Origin: the human T2T-CHM13v2.0 reference genome, Homo sapiens | NCBI RefSeq assembly: GCF_009914755.1 | Contig: NC_060938.1 | DNA length: 64,000 nucleotides | Strand: one strand, 5' to 3' | Shown here: one piece after another, positions 1-11,100 of the stretch | Position numbering within the stretch: the stretch's first letter is position 1 | Layout: the number at the start of each line of letters is the position of its first letter | Translations under genes and position numbers: made by a program | The notes under the pieces: generated by a model | Databases searched by the model: none | Seen by the model: the letters and a program-made list of their open reading frames with translations, nothing else | Told to the model about the DNA's origin: nothing

Positions 1-69
1 GTTAGCTGAGTTCACACATCACAAACAACTTTATGAGAATGCTTCTGTCTAGTTTTTATTTGAAGATAT

Positions 70-86
70 TTCCTTTCTCACCATAG
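70..86 (+). promoter_or_regulatory. pJalpha-like (A-box) motif of A-type monomer
   Basis: TTCCTTTCTCACCATAG versus pJalpha consensus TTCCTTTTYCACCRTAG, at the position homologous to the CENP-B box. Confidence 0.75.
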
Positions 87-236
87 AGCTGAAAGCTGTC
101 CTAATGTTCACTTCCAGATACTACAGAAAGAGTGTTTCAAAACTGCTGTACGAAAGGGAATGTTCAACTCTGTGACTTGAATGCACACATCACAAAGAAG
201 TTTCTGAGGATGCTGCTGTCTACTTTTTATACGTAA

Positions 237-253
237 TCCCGTTTCCAACGAAA
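237..253 (-). promoter_or_regulatory. CENP-B box 1 of the HOR (recurs every 1364 bp)
   Basis: + strand TCCCGTTTCCAACGAAA is the reverse complement of TTTCGTTGGAAACGGGA, matching consensus YTTCGTTGGAARCGGGA. Confidence 0.97.
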
Positions 254-407
254 TCCTCCAAGCTATCCAAATATCCACTTGCAGATTCCACAGAAAGACT
301 GTTTCAAAACTGCTCTGTCAATAGAAAGGTTCAACTCTGTTAGCTGCGTGCATACATCCCAAAGAAGATTCTGAGATTGCTTCTGTCTAGTTTTTATGGG
401 AAGATAT

Positions 408-424
408 TTCCCTTTTCACCGTAG
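408..424 (+). promoter_or_regulatory. pJalpha-like (A-box) motif
   Basis: TTCCCTTTTCACCGTAG, 171 bp after CENP-B box 1. Confidence 0.75.
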
Positions 425-578
425 GCGTCAAGGCGCTCCAAATGTCCACTTCCAGATACTACAAAAAGAGTGTTTCAAACCTACTCTGTGAAAGGGAATA
501 TTCAACTCTGTGACTTGAATGCACATATCACAAGGAAGTTTCTGAGAATGCTTCTGTCGAGATTTTATATGAAGATAT

Positions 579-595
579 TCCCGTTTCCAACGAAA
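579..595 (-). promoter_or_regulatory. CENP-B box 2 of the HOR (recurs every 1364 bp)
   Basis: TCCCGTTTCCAACGAAA, 342 bp after box 1. Confidence 0.97.
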
Positions 596-749
596 TCCTG
601 AAATCTATCCAAATATCCCCTTGCAGATTCTACAAAAAGAGTGTTTCAAAACTGCTCTGTGAAAAGAAAGGTTCAACTCTGTTAGTTGAGTACACACATC
701 ACAAACAAGTTTCACACAATGCTTCTTTCTAGCTTGTAGGGGAAGATAT

Positions 750-766
750 TCCCTTTATCACCATGG
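750..766 (+). promoter_or_regulatory. Degenerate pJalpha-like (A-box) motif
   Basis: TCCCTTTATCACCATGG, 171 bp after CENP-B box 2; three mismatches to consensus. Confidence 0.55.
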
Positions 767-920
767 GCCTCAAACCGTCCGAAAAGTCCACTTCCATATA
801 CTACAAAAAGAGCGTTTCAAACCTGCTCTATGAAAGGCAATGTTCAACTCTGTGACTTGAATGCAGACATCACAGAGCAGTTTCTGAGAATGCTTCTGTC
901 TAGATTTTATAGGAAGATAT

Positions 921-937
921 TCCCGTTTCCAACGAAA
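921..937 (-). promoter_or_regulatory. CENP-B box 3 of the HOR (recurs every 1364 bp)
   Basis: TCCCGTTTCCAACGAAA, 342 bp after box 2. Confidence 0.97.
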
Positions 938-1091
938 TCTTCACAGCTATCCAAATATCCACTTGCAGATTCTACAAAAAGAGTGTATCAAAACTGCTCT
1001 GTCAAAAGGAAGGTTCTTTTCTGTTAGGTGAGTGCATACGTCATAAAGGAGTTTCTGAGAATGTTTCTGTCTAGTGGTTATGGGAAGATAT

Positions 1092-1108
1092 TTGCTTTTT
1101 CACCGTAG
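1092..1108 (+). promoter_or_regulatory. pJalpha-like (A-box) motif
   Basis: TTGCTTTTTCACCGTAG, 171 bp after CENP-B box 3. Confidence 0.7.
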
Positions 1109-1262
1109 GCCTCAGAGCGCTCCAAATATCCACTTGCACATACTACAAAAAGAGTGCCTCAAAGCTGCTCTCTGAAACGGAATGTTCAACTCTATGAGTT
1201 GAATGCAAACATCGCAAAGACGTTTCTGAGAATGCTTCAGTCTAGATTTGATATGAAGATAT

Positions 1263-1279
1263 TCCCGTTTCCAACGAAA
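1263..1279 (-). promoter_or_regulatory. CENP-B box 4 of the HOR (recurs every 1364 bp)
   Basis: TCCCGTTTCCAACGAAA, 342 bp after box 3 and 338 bp before the next box 1 (1601). Confidence 0.97.
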
Positions 1280-4200
1280 TCTTCAAATCTATCCAAATGT
1301 CCACTTGCAGATTCAACAAAAAGTGTTTTTCAGAACTGCTCTATCAAAAGAAAGATCCACCTCTGTTAGCTGAGTTCACACATCACAAACAAGTTTATGA
1401 GAATGCTTCTGTCTAGTTTTTATTTGAAGATATTTCCTTTCTCACCATAGAGCTGAAAGCTGTCCTAATGTTCACTTCCAGATACTACAGAAAGAGTGTT
1501 TCAAAACTGCTGTACGAAAGGGAATGTTCAACTCTGTGACTTGAATGCACACATCACAAAGAAGTTTCTGAGGATGCTGCTGTCTACTTTTTATACGTAA
1601 TCCCGTTTCCAACGAAATCCTCCAAGCTATCCAAATATCCACTTGCAGATTCCACAGAAAGACTGTTTCAAAACTGCTCTGTCAATAGAAAGGTTCAACT
1701 CTGTTAGCTGCGTGCATATATCCCAAAGAAGATTCTGAGATTGCTTCTGTCTAGTTTTTATGGGAAGATATTTCCCTTTTCACCGTAGGTGTCAAGGCGC
1801 TCCAAATGTCCACTTCCAGATACTACAAAAAGAGTGTTTCAAACCTACTCTGTGAAAGGGAATATTCAACTCTGTGACTTGAATGCACATATCACAAAGA
1901 AGTTTCTGAGAATGCTTCTGTCGAGATTTTATATGAAGATATTCCCGTTTCCAACGAAATGCTGAAATCTATCCAAATATCCCCTCGCAGATTCTACAAA
2001 AAGAGTGTTTCAAAACTGCTCTGTGAAAAGAAAGGTTCAACTCTGTTAGTTGAGTACACACATCACAAACAAGTTTCACAGAATGCTTCTTTCTAGCTTG
2101 TAGGGGAAGATATTCCCTTTATCACCATGGGCCTCCAACCGTCCGAAACATCCACTTCCATATACTACAAAAAGAGCGTTTCAAACCTGCTCTATGAAAG
2201 GCAATGTTCAACTCTGTGACTTGAATGCAGACATCACAGAGCAGTTTCTGAGAATGCTTCTGTCTAGATTTTATAGGAAGATATTCCCGTTTCCAACGAA
2301 ATCTTCACAGCTATCCAAATATCCACTTGCAGATTCTACCAAAAGAGTGTATCAAAACTGCTCTGTCAAAAGAAAGGTTCTTCTCTGTTAGGTGAGTGCA
2401 TACGTCATAAAGGAGTTTCTGAGAATGTTTCTGTCTAGTGGTTATGGGAAGATATTTGCTTTTTCACCGTAGGCCTCAGAGCGCTCCAAATATCCACTTG
2501 CACATACTACAAAAAGAGTGCTTCAAAGCTGCTCTCTGAAACGGAATGTTCAACTCTATGAGTTGAATGCAAACATCGCAAAGACGTTTCTGAGAATGCT
2601 TCTGTCTAGATTTGATATGAAGATATTCCCGTTTCCAACGAAATCTTCAAATCTATCCAAATGTCCACTTGCAGATTCAACAAAAAGTGTTTTTCAGAAC
2701 TGCTCTATCAAAAGAAAGATCCACCTCTGTTAGCTGAGTTCACACATCACAAACAAGTTTATGAGAATGCTTCTGTCTAGTTTTTATTTGAAGATATTTC
2801 CTTTCTCACCATAGAGCTGAAAGCTGTCCTAATGTTCACTTCCAGATACTACAGAAAGAGTGTTTCAAAACTGCTGTACGAAAGGGAATGTTCAACTCTG
2901 TGACTTGAATGCACACATCACAAAGAAGTTTCTGAGGATGCTGCTGTCTACTTTTTATACGTAATCCCGTTTCCAACGAAATCCTCCAAGCTATCCAAAT
3001 ATCCACTTGCAGATTCCACAGAAAGACTGTTTCAAAACTGCTCTGTCAATAGAAAGGTTCAACTCTGTTAGCTGCATGCATATATCCCAAAGAAGATTCT
3101 GAGATTGCTTCTGTCTAGTTTTTATGGGAAGATATTTCCCTTTTCACCGTAGGCGTCAAGGCGCTCCAAATGTCCACTTCCAGATACTACAAAAAGAGTG
3201 TTTCAAACCTACTCTGTGAAAGGGAATATTCAACTCTGTGACTTGAATGCACATATCACAAGGAAGTTTCTGAGAATGCTTCTGTCGAGATTTTATATGA
3301 AGATATTCCCGTTTCCAACGAAATCCTGAAATCTATCCAAATATCCCCTTGCAGATTCTACAAAAAGAGTGTTTCAAAACTGCTCTGTAAAAAGAAAGGT
3401 TCAACTCTGTTAGTTGAGTACACACATCACAAACAAGTTTCACACAATGCTTCTTTCTAGCTTGTAGGGGAAGATATTCCCTTTATCACCATGGGCCTCA
3501 AACCGTCCGAAAAGTCCACTTCCATATACTACAAAAAGAGCGTTTCAAACCTGCTCTATGAAAGGCAATGTTCAACTCTGTGACTTGAATGCAGACATCA
3601 CAGAGCAGTTTCTGAGAATGCTTCTGTCTAGATTTTATAGGAAGATATTCCCGTTTCCAACGAAATCTTCACAGCTATCCAAATATCCACTTGCAGATTC
3701 TACAAAAAGAGTGTATCAAAACTGCTCTGTCAAAAGGAAGGTTCTTTTCTGTTAGGTGAGTGCATACGTCATAAAGGAGTTTCTGAGAATGTTTCTGTCT
3801 AGTGGTTATGGGAAGATATTTGCTTTTTCACCGTAGGCCTCAGAGCGCTCCAAATATCCACTTGCACATACTACAAAAAGAGTGCCTCAAAGCTGCTCTC
3901 TGAAACGGAATGTTCAACTCTATGAGTTGAATGCAAACATCGCAAAGACGTTTCTGAGAATGCTTCTGTCTAGATTTGATATGAAGATATTCCCGTTTCC
4001 AACGAAATCTTCAAATCTATCCAAATGTCCACTTGCAGATTCAACAAAAAGTGTTTTTCAGAACTGCTCTATCAAAAGAAAGATCCACCTCTGTTAGCTG
4101 AGTTCACACATCACAAACAAGTTTATGAGAAAGCTTCTGTCTAGTTTTTATTTGAAGATATTTCCTTTCTCACCATAGAGCTGAAAGCTGTCCTAATGTT

Positions 4201-7200
4201 CACTTCCAGATACTACAGAAAGAGTGTTTCAAAACTGCTGTACGAAAGGGAATGTTCAACTCTGTGACTTGAATGCACACATCACAAAGAAGTTTCTGAG
4301 GATGCTGCTGTCTACTTTTTATACGTAATCCCGTTTCCAACGAAATCCTCCAAGCTATCCAAATATCCACTTGCAGATTCCACAGAAAGACTGTTTCAAA
4401 ACTGCTCTGTCAATAGAAAGGTTCAACTCTGTTAGCTGCGTGCATATATCCCAAAGAAGATTCTGAGATTGCTTCTGTCTAGTTTTTATGGGAAGATATT
4501 TCCCTTTTCACCGTAGGTGTCAAGGCGCTCCAAATGTCCACTTCCAGATACTACAAAAAGAGTGTTTCAAACCTACTCTGTGAAAGGGAATATTCAACTC
4601 TGTGACCTGAATGCACATATCACAAAGAAGTTTCTGAGAATGCTTCTGTCGAGATTTTATATGAAGATATTCCCGTTTCCAACGAAATGCTGAAATCTAT
4701 CCAAATATCCCCTCGCAGATTCTACAAAAAGAGTGTTTCAAAACTGCTCTGTGAAAAGAAAGGTTCAACTCTGTTAGTTGAGTACACACATCACAAACAA
4801 GTTTCACAGAATGCTTCTTTCTAGCTTGTAGGGGAAGATATTCCCTTTATCACCATGGGCCTCCAACCGTCCGAAACATCCACTTCCATATACTACAAAA
4901 AGAGCGTTTCAAACCTGCTCTATGAAAGGCAATGTTCAACTCTGTGACTTGAATGCAGACATCACAGAGCAGTTTCTGAGAATGCTTCTGTCTAGATTTT
5001 ATAGGAAGATATTCCCGTTTCCAATGAAATCTTCACAGCTATCCAAATATCCACTTGCAGATTCTACAAAAAGAGTGTATCAAAACTGCTCTGTCAAAAG
5101 GAAGGTTCTTCTCTGTTAGGTGAGTGCATACGTCATAAAGGAGTTTCTGAGAATGTTTCTGTCTAGTGGTTATGGGAAGATATTTGCTTTTTCACCGTAG
5201 GCCTCAGAGCGCTCCAAATATCCACTTGCACATACTACAAAAAGAGTGCTTCAAAGCTGCTCTCTGAAACGGAATGTTCAACTCTATGAGTTGAATGCAA
5301 ACATCGCAAAGACGTTTCTGAGAATGCTTCTGTCTAGATTTGATATGAAGATATTCCCGTTTCCAACGAAATCTTCAAATCTATCCAAATGTCCACTTGC
5401 AGATTCAACAAAAAGTGTTTTTCAGAACTGCTCTATCAAAAGAAAGATCCACCTCTGTTAGCTGAGTTCACACCTCACAAACAACTTTATGAGAATGCTT
5501 CTGTCTAGTTTTTATTTGAAGATATTTCCTTTCTCACCATAGAGCTGAAAGCTGTCCTAATGTTCACTTCCAGATACTACAGAAAGAGTGTTTCAAAACT
5601 GCTGTACGAAAGGGAATGTTCAACTCTGTGACTTGAATGCACACATCACAAAGAAGTTTCTGAGGATGCTGCTGTCTACTTTTTATACGTAATCCCGTTT
5701 CCAACGAAATCCTCCAAGCTATCCAAATATCCACTTGCAGATTCCACAGAAAGACTGTTTCAAAACTGCTCTGTCAATAGAAAGGTTCAACTCTGTTAGC
5801 TGCATGCATATATCCCAAAGAAGATTCTGAGATTGCTTCTGTCTAGTTTTTATGGGAAGATATTTCCCTTTTCACCGTAGGCGTCAAGGCGCTCCAAATG
5901 TCCACTTCCAGATACTACAAAAAGAGAGTTTCAAACCTACTCTGTGAAAGGGAATATTCAACTCTGTGACTTGAATGCACATATCACAAGGAAGTTTCTG
6001 AGAATGCTTCTGTCGAGATTTTATATGAAGATATTCCCGTTTCCAACGAAATCCTGAAATCTATCCAAATATCCCCTTGCAGATTCTACAAAAAGAGTGT
6101 TTCAAAACTGCTCTGTAAAAAGAAAGGTTCAACTCTGTTAGTTGAGTACACACATCACAAACAAGTTTCACACAATGCTTCTTTCTAGCTTGTAGGGGAA
6201 GATATTCCCTTTATCACCATGGGCCTCAAACCGTCCGATAAGTCCACTTCCATATACTACAAAAAGAGCGTTTCAAACCTGCTCTATGAAAGGCAATGTT
6301 CAACTCTGTGACTTGAATGCAGACATCACAGAGCAGTTTCTGAGAATGCTTCTGTCTAGATTTTATAGGAAGATATTCCCGTTTCCAACGAAATCTTCAC
6401 AGCTATCCAAATATCCACTTGCAGATTCTACAAAAAGAGTGTATCAAAACTGCTCTGTCAAAAGGAAGGTTCTTTTCTGTTAGGTGAGTGCATACGTCAT
6501 AAAGGAGTTTCTGAGAATGTTTCTGTCTAGTGGTTATGGGAAGATATTTGCTTTTTCACCGTAGGCCTCAGAGCGCTCCAAATATCCACTTGCACATACT
6601 ACAAAAAGAGTGCCTCAAAGCTGCTCTCTGAAACGGAATGTTCAACTCTATGAGTTGAATGCAAACATCGCAAAGACGTTTCTGAGAATGCTTCTGTCTA
6701 GATTTGATATGAAGATATTCCCGTTTCCAACGAAATCTTCAAATCTATCCAAATGTCCACTTGCAGATTCAACAAAAAGTGTTTTTCAGAACTGCTCTAT
6801 CAAAAGAAAGATCCACCTCTGTTAGCTGAGTTCACACATCACAAACAAGTTTATGAGAATGCTTCTGTCTAGTTTTTATTTGAAGATATTTCCTTTCTCA
6901 CCATAGAGCTGAAAGCTGTCCTAATGTTCACTTCCAGATACTACAGAAAGAGTGTTTCAAAACTGCTGTACGAAAGGGAATGTTCAACTCTGTGACTTGA
7001 ATGCACACATCACAAAGAAGTTTCTGAGGATGCTGCTGTCTACTTTTTATACGTAATCCCGTTTCCAACGAAATCCTCCAAGCTATCCAAATATCCACTT
7101 GCAGATTCCACAGAAAGACTGTTTCAAAACTGCTCTGTCAATAGAAAGGTTCAACTCTGTTAGCTGCGTGCATATATCCCAAAGAAGATTCTGAGATTGC

Positions 7201-8184
7201 TTCTGTCTAGTTTTTATGGGAAGATATTTCCCTTTTCACCGTAGGTGTCAAGGCGCTCCAAATGTCCACTTCCAGATACTACAAAAAGAGTGTTTCAAAC
7301 CTACTCTGTGAAAGGGAATATTCAACTCTGTGACTTGAATGCACATATCACAAAGAAGTTTCTGAGAATGCTTCTGTCGAGATTTTATATGAAGATATTC
7401 CCGTTTCCAACGAAATGCTGAAATCTATCCAAATATCCCCTCGCAGATTCTACAAAAAGAGTGTTTCAAAACTGCTCTGTGAAAAGAAAGGTTCAACTCT
7501 GTTAGTTGAGTACACACATCACAAACAAGTTTCACAGAATGCTTCTTTCTAGCTTGTAGGGGAAGATATTCCCTTTATCACCATGGGCCTCCAACCGTCC
7601 GAAACATCCACTTCCATATACTACAAAAAGAGCGTTTCAAACCTGCTCTATGAAAGGCAATGTTCAACTCTGTGACTTGAATGCAGACATCACAGAGCAG
7701 TTTCTGAGAATGCTTCTGTCTAGATTTTATAGGAAGATATTCCCGTTTCCAACGAAATCTTCACAGCTATCCAAATATCCACTTGCAGATTCTACAAAAA
7801 GAGTGTATCAAAACTGCTCTGTCAAAAGGAAGGTTCTTCTCTGTTAGGTGAGTGCATACGTCATAAAGGAGTTTCTGAGAATGTTTCTGTCTAGTGGTTA
7901 TGGGAAGATATTTGCTTTTTCACCGTAGGCCTCAGAGCGCTCCAAATATCCACTTGCACATACTACAAAAAGAGTGCTTCAAAGCTGCTCTCTGAAACGG
8001 AATGTTCAACTCTATGAGTTGAATGCAAACATCGCAAAGACGTTTCTGAGAATGCTTCTGTCTAGATTTGATATGAAGATATTCCCGTTTCCAACGAAAT
8101 CTTCAAATCTATCCAAATGTCCACTTGCAGATTCAACAAAAAGTGTTTTTCAGAACTGCTCTATCAAAAGAAAGATCCACCTCT

Positions 8185-11100
8185 GTTAGCTGAGTTCACA
8201 CATCACAAACAAGTTTATGAGAATGCTTCTGTCTAGTTTTTATTTGAAGATATTTCCTTTCTCACCATAGAGCTGAAAGCTGTCCTAATGTTCACTTCCA
8301 GATACTACAGAAAGAGTGTTTCAAAACTGCTGTACGAAAGGGAATGTTCAACTCTGTGACTTGAATGCACACATCACAAAGAAGTTTCTGAGGATGCTGC
8401 TGTCTACTTTTTATACGTAATCCCGTTTCCAACGAAATCCTCCAAGCTATCCAAATATCCACTTGCAGATTCCACAGAAAGACTGTTTCAAAACTGCTCT
8501 GTCAATAGAAAGGTTCAACTCTGTTAGGTGCATGCATATATCCCAAAGAAGATTCTGAGATTGCTTCTGTCTAGTTTTTATGGGAAGATATTTCCCTTTT
8601 CACCGTAGGCGTCAAGGCGCTCCAAATGTCCACTTCCAGATACTACAAAAAGAGTGTTTCAAACCTACTCTGTGAAAGGAAATATTCAACTCTGTGACTT
8701 GAATGCACATATCACAAGGAAGTTTCTGAGAATGCTTCTGTCGAGATTTTATATGAAGATATTCCCGTTTCCAACGAAATCCTGAAATCTATCCAAATAT
8801 CCCCTCGCAGATTCTACAAAAAGAGTGTTTCAAAACTGCTCTGTAAAAAGAAAGGTTCAACTCTGTTAGTTGAGTACACACATCACAAACAAGTTTCACA
8901 CAATGCTTCTTTCTAGCTTGTAGGGGAAGATATTCCCTTTATCACCATGGGCCTCAAACCGTCCGATAAGTCCACTTCCATATACTACAAAAAGAGCGTT
9001 TCAAACCTGCTCTATGAAAGGCAATGTTCAACTCTGTGACTTGAATGCAGACATCGCAGAGCAGTTTCTGAGAATGCTTCTGTCTAGATTTTATAGGAAG
9101 ATATTCCCGTTTCCAACGAAATCTTCACAGCTATCCAAATATCCACTTGCAGATTCTACAAAAAGAGTGTATCAAAACTGCTCTGTCAAAAGGAAGGTTC
9201 TTTTCTGTTAGGTGAGTGCATACGTCATAAAGGAGTTTCTGAGAATGTTTCTGTCTAGTGGTTATGGGAAGATATTTGCTTTTTCACCGTAGGCCTCAGA
9301 GCGCTCCAAATATCCACTTGCACATACTACAAAAAGAGTGCCTCAAAGCTGCTCTCTGAAACGGAATGTTCAACTCTATGAGTTGAATGCAAACATCGCA
9401 AAGACGTTTCTGAGAATGCTTCTGTCTAGATTTGATATGAAGATATTCCCGTTTCCAACGAAATCTTCAAATCTATCCAAATGTCCACTTGCAGATTCAA
9501 CAAAAAGTGTTTTTCAGAACTGCTCTATCAAAAGAAAGATCCACCTCTGTTAGCTGAGTTCACACATCACAAACAAGTTTATGAGAATGCTTCTGTCTAG
9601 TTTCTATTTGAAGATATTTCCTTTCTCACCATAGAGCTGAAAGCTGTCCTAATGTTCACTTCCAGATACTACAGAAAGAGTGTTTCAAAACTGCTGTACG
9701 AAAGGGAATGTTCAACTCTGTGACTTGAATGCACACATCACAAAGAAGTTTCTGAGGATGCTGCTGTCTACTTTTTATACGTAATCCCGTTTCCAACGAA
9801 ATCCTCCAAGCTATCCAAATATCCACTTGCAGATTCCACAGAAAGACTGTTTCAAAACTGCTCTGTCAATAGAAAGGTTCAACTCTGTTAGCTGCATGCA
9901 TATATCCCAAAGAAGATTCTGAGATTGCTTCTGTCTAGTTTTTATGGGAAGATATTTCCCTTTTCACCGTAGGCGTCAAGGCGCTCCAAATGTCCACTTC
10001 CAGATACTACAAAAAGAGTGTTTCAAACCTACTCTGTGAAAGGGAATATTCAACTCTGTGACTTGAATGCACATATCACAAGGAAGTTTCTGAGAATGCT
10101 TCTGTCGAGATTTTATATGAAGATATTCCCGTTTCCAACGAAATCCTGAAATCTATCCAAATATCCCCTCGCAGATTCTACAAAAAGAGTGTTTCAAAAC
10201 TGCTCTGTAAAAAGAAAGGTTCAACTCTGTTAGTTGAGTACACACATCACAAACAAGTTTCACACAATGCTTCTTTCTAGCTTGTAGGGGAAGATATTCC
10301 CTTTATCACCATGGGCCTCAAACCGTCCGATAAGTCCACTTCCATATACTACAAAAAGAGCGTTTCAAACCTGCTCTATGAAAGGCAATGTTCAACTCTG
10401 TGACTTGAATGCAGACATCACAGAGCAGTTTCTGAGAATGCTTCTGTCTAGATTTTATAGGAAGATATTCCCGTTTCCAACGAAATCTTCACAGCTATCC
10501 AAATATCCACTTGCAGATTCTACAAAAAGAGTGTATCAAAACTGCTCTGTCAAAAGGAAGGTTCTTTTCTGTTAGGTGAGTGCATACGTCATAAAGGAGT
10601 TTCTGAGAATGTTTCTGTCTAGTGGTTATGGGAAGATATTTGCTTTTTCACCGTAGGCCTCAGAGCGCTCCAAATATCCACTTGCACATACTACAAAAAG
10701 AGTGCCTCAAAGCTGCTCTCTGAAACGGAATGTTCAACTCTATGAGTTGAATGCAAACATCGCAAAGACGTTTCTGAGAATGCTTCTGTCTAGATTTGAT
10801 ATGAAGATATTCCCGTTTCCAACGAAATCTTCAAATCTATCCAAATGTCCACTTGCAGATTCAACAAAAAGTGTTTTTCAGAACTGCTCTATCAAAAGAA
10901 AGATCCACCTCTGTTAGCTGAGTTCACACATCACAAACAACTTTATGAGAATGCTTCTGTCTAGTTTTTATTTGAAGATATTTCCTTTCTCACCATAGAG
11001 CTGAAAGCTGTCCTAATGTTCACTTCCAGATACTACAGAAAGAGTGTTTCAAAACTGCTGTACGAAAGGGAATGTTCAACTCTGTGACTTGAATGCACAC

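Larger units (their letters stand above)
1..1364. repeat. One HOR unit (8 monomers); probably human SF2 chr14/22 HOR (D14Z9/D22Z1, S2C14/22H1L, alphaXT)
   Basis: Box positions 70, 237, 408, 579, 750, 921, 1092, 1263 and next 1434 give spacings of 167 then 7 x 171, totalling 1364. Dimeric alternation, 8-mer length, XbaI sites (899, 1241) and a TaqI site (557) fit what I recall of the chr14/22 family. The chromosome assignment is from memory and chr14 cannot be told from chr22 here. Confidence 0.75.
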
